NCBI GenBank assembly: GCA_951406725.2
Contig: OX597821.1
Location: 16,678,001 to 16,742,000, forward strand
Direction of reading: 5' to 3'
DNA from: Octopus vulgaris
Taxonomy: Eukaryota
Length of the DNA stretch: 64,000 bases
Shown here piece after piece: positions 1-12,041 of this stretch. Position numbers and translations under genes: made by a program. The first letter of the stretch is position 1. Each line of letters begins with the position of its first letter. The notes beneath the pieces were generated by a model that saw only the letters and a program-made list of their open reading frames with translations, made no database searches and was not told where the DNA came from.

Positions 1-42
1 TGCATACATATGTATGTTAATACGGTTAAACATGTTTGCATA

Positions 43-70
<28 letters not shown>

Positions 71-81
<11 letters not shown>

Positions 82-411
82 GGAAATGAAGAAAATGCTG
101 ACAAAATAATTTAAGTAAGGGAGAGTGTATTTAATTAGGTGAAAGTTCTTTTTGCCGGTTGCGCATTTGTTATGCTTATCAAAAGATATTTTTTAAAGAG
201 AGATAGAGTTCCTTTCTGATAGATTTTTTTTCATCTTATCTGATTAGAGGAAAAAAATCTATCAGAAAGGAACTCTATCTCTCTTTAAAAATATCTTTTG
301 ATAAGCATAGCAAATGCGCAACCGGTAAAAACAACTTTCACCTAATTAAATACACTCTCCCTTACTTAAATTATTTTGTCAGCATTTTCTTCATTTCCTT
401 TTTTTATATAT
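71..411. repeat. Near-perfect ~340 bp palindrome (fold-back) beside a (TA)n tract
   Basis: 71-240 is the reverse complement of 242-411 with few mismatches (e.g. gaaaatgctgacaaaataatttaagtaagggagagtg / cactctcccttacttaaattattttgtcagcattttc); centre at about 241. Confidence 0.95.
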
Positions 412-480
412 CACAACTCGTGTTCCACATCTCCTTTTTTAAATATATATATATATATATATATACACGCACACATGCAC

Positions 481-525
<45 letters not shown>

Positions 526-697
526 GTGTGTGTGTGTGTGTATAGAAGATTGAAAAGGAACACACGAGTAAAAGAAAGAGTGACAGTGACAAGCAGATAC
601 AAGGAAAATGCCTCTTGTATTTGAATACTATGGAAATATATTTTAAATATCTTTTCTTTTAATTTTTCCACAATTTAATTGTTTTCCATACTTAAAG

Positions 698-726
698 TTG
701 AAAAGCCTCAATGACTGAAACCGGTA
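698..726 (+). ncRNA. Decayed hammerhead-like motif
   Basis: TTGAAAA-GCCTCAATGACT-GAAA-CCGG-T-A. It has the same GAAACCGGT-H 3' half as the motifs at 23398 and 61764. The CUGANGA box has 2 mismatches and there is no clear stem I. Confidence 0.3.
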
Positions 727-836
727 ATAAAATGTTCCTCATGATAAAATTATTTTATCATCTTCTACCTTGACTTGTTTTCCTCATATATATATGTGTG
801 TGTGTGTGTATGTGTGTGAGTGTGTGTGTATGTATG

Positions 837-884
<48 letters not shown>

Positions 885-3149
885 GAAGATCACTGCGTAC
901 TTTTTTACATTAAGTAGTTTTGGATTCTAGTAACGGAAATGTTTAAGCCTATGCAGTAAAACGTGTCTTTTATACGAAGTTTATCTAAAAACTGCTACCT
1001 CATTTTATTTCTGTTTTACTATTTCCTATGTTTGTTTGTGTCATTATGTATGCCTTCATTTTTTTGTGTGTACATTCTTTCAACTTTCAATGTGTGTGCA
1101 TATATACATTTTGAGTTTTTATATTAATTTTATACTTTCCATTCCCTTACCCACGTCACAACGCAAAATATTGCACAATTTATTGGTGTTGATTGATCGA
1201 TTAATATAACATGGGCGATGAGATCAAAGAGAAATATTAGGCTTTCAAGTTATAGTTTGCAATGGTATGGGAAGCAAAGAGGGAAGTGCCTATATAAATA
1301 GATTATGTTTATAATTTTATTTAGAAACAGCCATAATTGCTACAAGCAATTAAGCAAGATTTCCTTGCTTGCCTCCAGATACACATCTCCACCTCCAATC
1401 AGAAGCATCACTATGACTGCCACTACAACCAAGGAAAAAACTTTTACCCGCAAATCAATACGTTGAGAATCGATACAATATAAGTTATGATTGACAAGCT
1501 GCAGAAACAGAATATATATATACATGTAAACAAGAAATAATAAACCTTGCAAGCATTTGTTTATATTTACTAAAATACTTTTCCTTCGAGGTTGGGACTA
1601 TTACAATCAATTTACTGTAGTTCTGTTCTCAGGAAAGACATAAGTATACGACGGAGTAATTCTTTCTTAAATATAATATTTCTTAATTTCTTTACCATAC
1701 GTAAATTAGTTGTTCAGAAATACCATATTAGCATATTTTACATCACATTCATTGCTCTGACACTGTTCTTACTTCACATCTTTTACGGCTGAAAAATAAA
1801 TAATTCTTTGTATATGAGTATTGCATTTGCAATTAGTGTATTTTATAAGCAGATGAAATATTTCCTGGATATTTTTCTCCAGCAATTTACGGTCACACCG
1901 TGTACAAACAATTTGTTCTACCCTACATAAACTTTTAATGCCCACTAAGAATAGCAGCTTTAGCCATATTTTCGTATTCCTGTTTTTGAAGTCATATCCA
2001 TTATAATATTCATTCTTTCAAACCATGTAAAAATAAAATAACTTACCAGCTCTAGCAATTTGATAGAATCTCTAAATTGTACTTTCATTCTATTTCTCTT
2101 TAAACTCTGTGTATATTGTTATCTGAATATATTTGCTGCATTTCAAAACATGATCAAGAATTATTATATGTTCCTATATCATAATGAAACCTTAGTGGTA
2201 ATAACTGTTTTCGAGTTTATATTAAGAGATATTTTCTTGGAGTCCATATTTTTTATGAAAAATGTCAGCATAATAAATCTAACTTGGTTATTCAAATACA
2301 GTAATCATTGTTCCATTGAAAAGAAAACAAAAACTTGAAAACATTTTCAGGAGGAATAAAGTATTTTAGTCAAGTATCAAAGCATTTTCTCAGAGTTTTA
2401 ACAAGTGAAAAATAAAATTAAATTAGCGATAAAATAAACAGAAAACACAGCATTATGCGACAAATAAGAACGTTTTGGACAACAATTTAGTTACGTAAAT
2501 AAATACGGTCGCTGAAGATGTACAGTCTTTGAAATCCTACATTAGTCAAAGTACAGGCGAAGCTAAGTAATTTTCAGAAAAGATGGCACCAGGTTATTAA
2601 TTTTCGAAAACCCAGTAGATTACCCTAAAATCGCCCAGAAGAGGATAATATCGGTTGCAGTCAGTGTAAACAACAAGCTGAACAGTGTAGAACCACGAGA
2701 TCATTCGACATCGCAGGAAAAATCAGCAGCGATATCATTATCAGAGGGGTAGTCATGATGGGTATACTGGGCTTCGTATATTTTACCCCAGTGTCACTTT
2801 GATAGTATGCACTGCTCTCTCACTGAACAACAGCAACAACAATAACAGCAGCAGCAGCAACAACAACAACAACAATAATAATAGCGAATAACAAATATGA
2901 TGGACGTTCACGAGTGAACTCTCTGTGAGGAAGGATTAAATCGGTGATCATCGCAACAAGATTGAAGAAACTGCAAAATTATGAAAGAATATTGTCCTTA
3001 ATGCAAGTCATTTCAGGAAACCAAAATATTTTTCTCATATATGAAGCATATTTGCTGCCAGGCACGTTATCATGCCAGAGCAAATGCGTAAAAAGCTAAG
3101 CAACACGCAAATAAGCAGCTCTTTTAAAGGATAATAGATAAAACAGAGT

Positions 3150-3925
3150 TCTACAACAAATTATGACCACGTCAAACGATACACTAGATACCAATAACCT
3201 AAACGACTCGATCTACTCAACAGCTGTTGTGATATCTAGATAAACCTGAGTTGGTAAAAAGACCAGCCACATCTCACCCCAAAATTGAAACAACATAATA
3301 AATTAATCACAACTTTGTGAATTAGAGAACGAACGATCAAATATGAAAACTAAAAGAAGACCCGTATAATAAGACTATACATAAAAAAAAAAATTAAGAT
3401 GGCTGGAAGTTAAACGAAACAAATTAAGCAAAAACTTGCCACGCACAACGGTACGGATTAAAAGAACGCTTCTTCCAGGAAAATGGAGAATTTAAAATAA
3501 AGACGAGAAGATTTTATTGAAAGGTAAACAAATCCCTATATCAATAGATATGTCAACAACATACTGGGAAGAAATATGGTGCAAACAGGAAAAAACAACA
3601 AAAATGCTCGGTGGATATATAAGAACAAGTAGAAGAATAAAATAACACTACAGGTATGGCCCACCATCACACACCAAGAGGTTACGGACAGGCTAAGGAG
3701 TGTCAGCAACTGGAAAACACCAGGTCCCCAAATTCTAGTTGAAACAGCTCACCAGTACCCATACTTACATAGAGACAGAATTTAATTTATTAATAAAAAA
3801 GCCAGAAGCAACTCCAAAATGGATACTAGAAGCCACCCCCACCCCCACCTAATTGTCAGAAGTAAAGACACAGTACAAACACAAAATTTTAGGCCAATAA
3901 CATGCCTATCAATATTCTACATCAG
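3150..3925 (+). mobile_element. Degenerate R4/Dong-type LINE fragment (pre-RT/RT start)
   Basis: Interrupted translation NWKTPG..NF*LK and NFRPITCLSIFY, homologous to KWKSPG..NFWL and NYRPITCL of the element at 5014-8790. Confidence 0.75.
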
Positions 3926-3964
3926 TTAAGGATAGTGTAGCTGCAACTTATAACTGGGACAGCT

Positions 3965-4540
3965 AAAGTGTTAATACCTATTATCATGTTTTAATCATTG
4001 AGCTCTGTTTTCAGTATTGATATAATTCGTCTATAGTATTCTTTCTTTATTTGCTCTTTCATTTGTGTGTGTTGTATCGTATTTAGTTCATTGATTCCTA
4101 AATATTTGTATGTCTGGCTTTGGTCTAATTCTCTTATTTCATTGGTTTTATCTAGTGTGATGTTGCTACTCTTAACTAGTTTTCCTCTTTTCAAAGTTGC
4201 CTTGGCGCATTTTTCCAAATTTCATATCTATTTCTTTAGTAAATCCTTGTACTGTCTGTAGTACTTTTTCCAGCTGTTTATCATTTGTAGCGTATAGTTT
4301 TAGGTCCTCCATAGATAAGAGGTGGTTGATTGTTTTGCCGTAACATTTCTATCCGCATCCAGTTCTATTTAACATTCAGATAAAGGTGTAAGTGCCAAGC
4401 AGAAAAGGAGTGGAGAGAGCGTGTCTCCCTGGAATATTCCTCTTCTAATGGGGATGGCTTTGGTTTTCACCAGTCCCTCTTTTGTTTGGAGATGTAGCAC
4501 TGTCTGCAATTTATTCATAGAGTGTCTTATGTATTTTATA
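3965..4540 (-). mobile_element. Degenerate R4/Dong-type LINE RT fragment
   Basis: GIFQGDTLSPLLFCLALTPL, HLLSMEDLKLY (decayed YMDD), KCAKATLKRGK, YKYLGINE. Confidence 0.9.
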
Positions 4541-4546
4541 TTATTA

Positions 4547-4633
4547 TTTGTTTCCTTCTTTCTTCAAATTTTCTTCCGTTTCTCGCCGAGTGTTTTCCGT
4601 ACACCAAGGGCAGAGAAGCTCATTGTATGCATT
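4547..4633 (-). mobile_element. Solo 3' end of the Dong-like LINE (extreme 5' truncation)
   Basis: About 85 bp closely matching 5014-5100 (ttctttcttcaaattttcttccgtttctcg...cattgtatgcatt), with TTA repeats on both sides. Confidence 0.8.
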
Positions 4634-4684
4634 ACTATTATTATTGTTATTATTATTATTATTGTTGTTGTTGTTGTTGTTTAA

Positions 4685-4790
4685 GCAACGAGTAGGCAGA
4701 ATTGTTAGCATGTTGGACAAAATAATTTGCAGCTATTCTACAGGCTTTCCGGCCTGAGTTCAAGTGCCGTGGAGATCGACATTTCTATTT
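4685..4790 (+). mobile_element. Degenerate tRNA-derived SINE 5' part (second family)
   Basis: ggcagaattgttagc A-box-like and gagttcaagtgcc B-box-like motifs; a probable reverse relative lies at 22858-23060. Confidence 0.45.
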
Positions 4791-4873
4791 TAACTTGTAC
4801 TCTAGTACAGGGTTCACTGTAATTCAACTAGCTCCATTCGCGAAATATCATGCATTGTGCTTATATTATAAAG

Positions 4874-4925
4874 TCTTCTTCTTTTTCTTCTTCTTCTTCT
4901 TCTTCTTCTTCTTCTTCTTCTTCTT

Positions 4926-5013
<88 letters not shown>
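4874..5013. repeat. Compound (TTC)n(TTA)n microsatellite
   Basis: Directly visible; the (TTA)n part abuts the LINE 3' end. Confidence 0.98.
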
Positions 5014-5014
<1 letters not shown>

Positions 5015-8000
5015 GTTTTTCCTTCTTTCTTCAAATTTTCTTCCGTTTCTCGCTGAGTGTTTTCCATTCACCTAGGGTACAGAAGGGCATTGTATGCATT
5101 CCCAAATTACACGCGCAAATTCACAGACAAAATATGTATTTAAAATTTAATAAATAAATAAATTCATGGATGGATTTTATTTTCTCAGCGATAGTGCTCT
5201 TCTCAGTACATGAGCCGTTCCAGTTAATACGATTTTTTGCATTTCCTGTAGGGATGGTAAGCTTGGAATCATTTTCAAATAGGTTTCAGTACCTTTTTTC
5301 ATCATTCCTAGAGATCCTACAATCACTGGTACTGTAGGCGCCTTGAGATGCCACATTTTTTTCAATTTCTATTAGCAGGTCTTTATGTTTACTAATCTTG
5401 TCAAATTCTTTCACCGCTATATTGTGATCACAGGGAATACTCATGTCAATTAATGAACACATCCTTTTTGTCTGATCTTTTATAATAATATCCGGCTTAT
5501 TAGTTTTTATAGTCTTGTCGGTCTGCATGGAGAAGTCCCATAGAATCGACACATTTTCTCCCTCAGTCACAGCTTCAGGATGATGTTTATACCATTTGTC
5601 AGCGGTTTTGATTTTATAATGCCGACATACTGTCCAATGTAAATTCTGGTCGACTCTGTCATGTCTTGCTTTATATTCTGCAGGTGCTAAGACTCTACAC
5701 CCTGAAATTAGGTGGTCTGTTGTTTCAATCTCATCGTTACAGAATCGGCATTTTGGGTCAGCTCCATTTTTTATCACATTGGCTTGGTAGTTCCGGATTA
5801 ATAAGCTTTGGTCTTGAGCAGCTAATATGAAACCTTCACTCTCTGCTTTTAGCCCTGAGCTTCGTAACCATTGGTGCGTGTGTTTCTGGTCGACATCAGC
5901 TTGTTTGCTACGGGCCACATACATGCCATGGAGAGGTTTCTGTCCCCATCTGCTAGCTAAATTTTCATGTGCTTTTGTCTTTGCAATTAATTTTATTTAC
6001 TTTGCAGCTGCAGTTGGCGCATTTTCTTCAGCCTGCTCAATCTGGTGGGTATCTAAGTGATCAGCAGCGCATTGTTTGCTCTCTTTGAGAATAGAGTGAA
6101 GTTTTTTAGGTCTTTCATGTTTTTCAACAAGTTTTAGCATCCAATCGTTGGTTGCTTCAAGGTATTTGGCCAGTCCGATTGTGGTGGTTTTATATGTAAG
6201 TTCAAACTGGATCAAACCTCGACCTCCCTGAGCTCTGGGAAGGTAAAGGCGATCCACGTCTTCCTTTGGATGGTGCATCTTATTACAAGTCAGTAGCTTG
6301 CGGATTTTTCTGTCAATTTTCGTTACTTCACTGGTATTCCAGCTAAGCACATTGAAGCTATAAAGAACAACTGGTACTGCTAAGGAATTTATGGCTAACA
6401 CATTATTATATGCATTCAGTTCAGACTTCAGGACTGCTCGAACTCTTCTATAACATTCCTTCCTAACCTTCCTTTTCATGCTTGCATGCTGGATACCAGA
6501 GCCTTCATTTATTCCTAGGTATTTATAGGTTTGTTCCTGCTCAAGTTCCTTTATTACTATTTCGACATCTAATTCGATTGAACTTGACTTTACCAATTTC
6601 AGTTTCTTAAAAGTGGCTTTGGCACACTTTTCAAGGCCAAACTCCATCCCGGTATCATCACTGAATCCTTTCACAGTATGTAATAATCCTTCAAACTCTT
6701 CCTCATCTTTGCCATATAGCTTTAAGTCATCCATATAAAATAGATGGTTTATTTTCCAGTTGTCAATTTTGTAGCCATATCCTGTTCTATTCAGTTCACT
6801 TGAGAGTGGTATTAGTGCTATGCAGAAAATTAGTGGTGAAAGTGAGTCACCTTGGAAAATTCCACAGTTTATGCTAATGTTGTTTGAGTGCAATACTCAA
6901 TTAGAATAATATAATTGGAGCTTCGTGTTCCATAGTGACATATTATACTTTAAAAAATCTGAAATCACAGGAGAAATTTTGAAAATGTCCAGCGATTTCT
7001 GAATCCACGAATGTGGTATGCTGTCAAAGACTTTTTATAATCAATCCATGAAGAGCTGAGATTTCTGCGCTTGTTATGGCAGTTATCAAGGATCATGCGA
7101 TTAATTAGGAGCTGGTCTTTGCATCCGGATGAGCCTCGTCTGCATCCTTTTTGTTCAGTGGGAAAGAGGTTATTCTCTTCCATAAACGTATATATTTTCT
7201 CTACTAGAATAGATGTCAAAATCTTATAGGTAGTAGATAAACAAGTTATAGGCCGGTAGTTTTTAGGGTCTTTCGTGTTGTTATTTTGGGGAGGAGGTAA
7301 GTAATAACATTTGCCATCCAATGTGGTGTTTTTTCGGGTCTTTCATAATACTATTAAATAGTATTACTAACATTTTTTGTGCGGACGAGAGTGATGAGAG
7401 CCAGAAATTTGGTACTCTATCAATACCAGGGGATTTCCACTTATGAGCCTTCGTTAGTGCCCTCCTTAGGTCGGCGATTGAGATGTCTTCCCATACCTGT
7501 TCTTGTAGATTTTTGTAGTCATTTTGGATGCGTTTGATCCACTCTGCATTTTCATTGTATTGTTTCTCATCACTCCAGATCCCCTTCCAAAAGTTTTCAA
7601 CTTCTTCCTTTAGGGGTGGATTTTCAATGGTTATTTTTTCTTTCCCTATTTCTCCGTAAAAGGATTTGGCATTGGATTTGAACATCTTATTTTGTTTGTA
7701 GAATTTGATTCTTTTCTCAAATCTGCGTATTCTCTGAGCTTTTGCTTGAACTTTTTGTTTAAATGTTTCTTTCGCTGACATTAGTTCTTCTCTTGTTGAG
7801 TGTCCATATTTTCTCACAATCTTCTTGCCTTTTCTTGATCTTACATCCTTTCCAGAGATTAGCTCAGTTAATATTGATATCTCCCTTCGCAATGATTCAA
7901 TTTCAGTTTCAATTCTACTCCTCCAGTTTGATTTTCTTTTCGAATTTGGTATTGTTGGTTTTTTGGGTGTTAAACAGTGTCTTTTGATTACCTTAGCGAC

Positions 8001-8790
8001 AGAGTAAATAATTTCATTTAATTTATTAAGATTGGGTTTTAGTTGTTGTATGATTTCCTGCGTAACGCAGTTGCCAATTTTTATTTGTGTTTTATGTTAG
8101 TGTGCATTTGAGAGTTTATGGAGTGGTTCCCTATCATTCATAGTTGTATGCCCTACAACTGCAAGCTCATTCAGAACTTCTTGCTTCATTTCAATGATAG
8201 ATATTCTCTGTTGTTGAACAAACATGTGGTCTTCAAATTCTATTTCGACATCATTTCCCGGGCTGTTTTTTCTAGGGTCATTATATTTTCCTTCTTCTTC
8301 AGGATCTTGAGTCGTTTCGGCAGATGGTCGCCTTTCAGTCAATGCTTGTGGCCCAACATTCCTCTCCCCAGCTTCGTTATTTCTTTCCTGACTTACATTT
8401 AGGTCATTCTCTACCACTTTTTTAATAGAGGTTAATTCTGCATCTGTGAGTCTGGTATTTCTGAAGATATCTCTTCTAACATTTGCTAATCTGTTTTCAT
8501 CCAGGTTTGGTCTGCTAGCTGGATTCCGGATCCTCCAAATTCTGTAGGAGTTTGCGGTGTGTTTTTCTTAGGTTGGCCTACTTAATGCAAAGTAATAAGC
8601 ATATATTACTTCTTTATATTCTTCCCGGTTCCATTTAGTTCTTTTACTTTTTTGATTTTCTAGTCGTTGTGGTGGTGAACTTTGGGGGCTTAATTTGGGA
8701 CAAATCCCGTTTAAGTGACCTTCCAGGTTCGTATTTGGGGAAGATATTGTGCCATTTGAAAATGTTTGGACAAGCGATTCGGTGTACTGT
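5014..8790 (-). mobile_element. R4/Dong-clade non-LTR retrotransposon (RT plus restriction-like endonuclease), near full length, inactivated
   Basis: One long ORF broken by frameshifts and stops. N-terminal KRTKWNREEY; RT motifs NYRPITCL, QKGCRRG, GIFQGDSLSP, LFYMDDLKLY, YKYLG; zinc knuckle CRFC..ETTDHLISGC; RHD and KPDIII..IDMSIP endonuclease motifs. The 3' UTR ends in (TAA)n. Confidence 0.95.
5177..8700 (-). pseudogene. Disrupted R4/Dong ORF (RT-CCHC-REL endonuclease)
   Basis: ORF-track pieces 8097-8417, 7281-7892, 6965-7321, 5997-6893, 5286-5924 and 5177-5365 are collinear parts of one protein ending QKIVLTGTAHVLRRALSLRK*. Confidence 0.92.
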
Positions 8791-8914
8791 TAGAATTTTT
8801 CTTTTCAAGTAAAGTTAAATTATTATTAAATTTTCATTAAAAAAAAAATAAAATAAAATAAAATTTTTTAAAAAATAAAAGATTTAATCACTAATTTTCA
8901 TATAGGGGCCTCAT

Positions 8915-9099
8915 TTATCATCATTAGTAGCAGCAGCAATATCATTGTCAGCAGTTGGAGCGGCAGTGGTAGTAGCAATAGTAATTGCCGCAGCAACAGC
9001 AGCTGTAGTAGTAGCAGCAACAGCATCAGCAGCAGCAGTGGTAGTATCAGCAGCAGTGGTAGTACCAGTAGTAGTAGCAGCAATTATTATTATTATTAT
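8915..9099. repeat. Degenerate (CAG/TAG)n tract followed by (TTA)n
   Basis: Directly visible low-complexity trinucleotide tract. Confidence 0.9.
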
Positions 9100-9960
9100 T
9101 CTATGTTTGACTTTTGCTTTATATTTGTACAAGTTGGCTCCAAGTCTCACCCAGAGACCTCAAGAGACAACAGGTTGTAAGTTCGTATTGTTGTTATGCC
9201 TAGTGTGCCATATATTTGGGGGGTTTTTGTGTTGTACTAGTGAATGTCAACAAAAAAATAAAAAAATAAAAATTATATTTGTTTTAAACCCTGAGATTAC
9301 ATAGAAAGTATTTTGCGTAAGATATGAGCAGTTCCCATGAGCACTATCTTTTGAATTTCTGCCATTTTGGGGTTTCCTGGTATCTGAGTTAGGTAGCGGT
9401 CAGCCCCTTTTGCTATCATTCCCAGGGCAAATATGACAACAGGTATTGTTTTAGTCTTCAGGTTTCACATTTTGCTGATTTCTATTTCAAGATCTTTATA
9501 TTTGCTCAGTTTTTGGTAGGTCTTGACAGATACGTTTATATCGATTGGGACAGTCATATCAATGAGGAGGCATGTTCTTTGTTTGAAGTCTTTCAATATG
9601 ATGTCTGGCCTATTTGCATCTATCTTTCTGTCAGTTTGAATGGGGAAGTTCTAGAGGAGAGAGATGTGGTAATTTTCAAGCACTGGAGGTTGTTTGTGTT
9701 CCCACCAGTTTTTTTCATGGGGAAAATCCAGGTTTTTGCTGATTACCCAGTGAATATATTGTGCAGCTCTATCATGCCTGTTGAGATTCTCTGTAGGCGC
9801 TAGAAGACTGCACTTGGAGACAACATGATCAATGGTTTCATTTTGTTGTTGACATACACATGTTGGGCCACTACCGTTCTTTAATATGTTGGCCTGGTAG
9901 TTTCTTGTTGGTAGGCATTGATCTTGAGCTGCTATGATAAACCCTTCTGTTTCAGATTTT
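9100..9960 (-). mobile_element. 5'-truncated Dong-like LINE, second subfamily (CCHC, REL, 3' UTR)
   Basis: Minus strand gives KSETEGFIIAAQDQCLPTRNYQ...ETIDHVVSKC...RHD...RPDIILKD...QKIVLMGTAHILRKILSM*. The 3' UTR differs from the 5014 copy. (TTA)n lies on both sides. Confidence 0.93.
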
Positions 9961-9961
9961 G

Positions 9962-9974
9962 ATTATTATTATTA

Positions 9975-10032
<58 letters not shown>

Positions 10033-10224
10033 CATTATTATTATTATTACTACTACTATTACGAGGACAACGACGTCGAAGAAGAAGAAGAAGAAGAAGA
10101 AGAAGAAGAAGAAGAAGAAGGAGAAGAAGAAGGAGAAAAAGAAGAAGAAGAAGAAGAAGAAGAAGAAGAAGAAGAAGAAGAAGGAGAAGAAGAAGAAGAA
10201 GAAGAAGAAGGAGAAGAAGAAGAA

Positions 10225-10255
<31 letters not shown>

Positions 10256-10317
10256 AAGAAGAAGAAGAAGAAGAAGAAGAAGAAGAAGAAGAAGAAGAAG
10301 AAGAAGAAGAAGAAGAA
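9962..10317. repeat. (TTA)n followed by a long (GAA)n microsatellite
   Basis: (TTA)n about 9962-10060; (GAA)n about 10078-10317 with few interruptions. Confidence 0.98.
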
Positions 10318-11345
10318 TGTACCTACAGTTGACGTTACTTTATGAATATCCAGTTTACGATTTAGATTTCTGCTAAATTTATACATAAGATCTATTTCTT
10401 ATATGATCAGTTTTTACCTAATCGCTACCTAGTCATTAATACCTACTGACTGTCCATTTTGTTGCTATTCTAAATTTTTTGAAGCGTTTAACACTTTTCT
10501 TGTTTTTCTTTTTAGTCCATCGGACATTTTTCTAAAATACAGTATTGCTAGTTTCTCAAAAAATTTTCACTTAGATTTTTCTGGGGTTTTTTTTATGTCT
10601 TAAAAGTACACGCAACAACAACAACAACAGCAATAAAATAAAATTTTGTCTGTATATTTCCCGCGACTATAACATGGCTTATTTCTTGTTTACTGCAAGA
10701 GACAAGAAATTCATTGAAATTTAAAAATTAAAAAAATATATAGAAATGAATAATAAATATACGCAAACAAATCACAATCTTCATGTGATCTTCGATGTAA
10801 TCTTTATCCAAAAATAGTATGGTGGATATTTCAAGCGTAAGCTCTTCAAGTATTGATTTGTGAAAAAATTTCAGATGATAGAAAATGCGAAACTACGAAC
10901 AGAAATGCATTAACTAGAAATGCGATTATGAAATATAAAGTGTTTTAATTAAATGTTCTACTTTAAAAGAATTGAATTTATAATCTGTTACGAAGTTCAA
11001 CGTATAATGAAATTTGATATTTCAACAATGTTTTTATGTGAAGTAAAAGAATTATTAGTTTACATAAATTTACTGCACTTAACAATCCTGAATTCGGAGA
11101 GCAACATGAAAGTTTCTTAGCAATAAACATAATGAAATAAAATACACAAACATTCAGCTGAATGAATATTAAACCTTTCAAACATCATCTTTGCTAATAT
11201 ATGAATGTTCGTATGTATGTATTAGAAATATCGAAGTTGTTTCGTTTTATCTGTGCAAAGTTCATGACGTTAACAGCCAAAACGACAAGGCCATTTTGTT
11301 TCAATCAAACAACTTACTGGGGTTTGTTAACATATAGATGGATTG

Positions 11346-11364
11346 TAGTGTTTGTGTGTGTTGT

Positions 11365-11445
<81 letters not shown>

Positions 11446-11457
11446 CGTGCGTGTGTG
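11346..11457. repeat. (GT)n microsatellite
   Basis: Directly visible. Confidence 0.98.
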
Positions 11458-11697
11458 CATTAATTTTCACTCATGAAATAAGTGTGCCTCTTACTTTTTA
11501 TGTATGTTTGTATGTTGCAAAGTGTGACTACAGTGTAGAAGTTATGTAGCTGAAATTTTCCTGGGTGGCCATAATTTTGAAGTAGAAGTTGAATGGCTTT
11601 TTCCTGGTATTTATTATAAAGTGTGGCACGGTCGAATCCTGTGATTAGCTACATACATACACACACATGCACACACACATACATACATACATACATG

Positions 11698-11783
<86 letters not shown>

Positions 11784-11829
11784 TATAAATATATATATAT
11801 ATACATATATATACATATATATATATATA

Positions 11830-12041
11830 AAGTTAATCCAAACAAGAAAACACAAAAAAACACAACAACGCGAGGACGTGGAACAAATATAGTATTATTG
11901 GACGCTCAGGAAAGAAGGGAAGAAGGAGGGTTTAACGTTTCGAGCGGAGCTCTTCGTCGGAAACATAGGAGAAGGAAAGATCCAGAGAAGGGAAGACAGA
12001 GGAAAAAAATCGCCAACGGTACACACGAGGTCACATTTTGA
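11830..12041 (-). mobile_element. Short (TA)n-associated element with a hammerhead-like motif (Penelope-like terminus or retrozyme-like)
   Basis: Abuts (TA)n, contains the motif at 11930-11964, and shares the downstream block ttcctgagcgt..aataatac with the element at 40830-41018. Confidence 0.6.
11930..11964 (-). ncRNA. Minimal type I hammerhead-ribozyme-like motif
   Basis: Minus strand: GTTT-CCGACGA-A-GAGC(TCC)GCTC-GAAA-CG-T-T-AAAC. 4-bp stem I, CUGANGA box with U4>C, 4-bp stem II, palindromic AACGTT stem III. Confidence 0.65.

Noticed and set aside
1340-1800. Exon-like minus-strand segments with good splice signals (acceptors near 1500 and 1790)
   Set aside because: The 1688-1789 segment has stops in all three frames and the other gives no recognisable protein. 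Non-coding exons cannot be excluded without RNA-seq.
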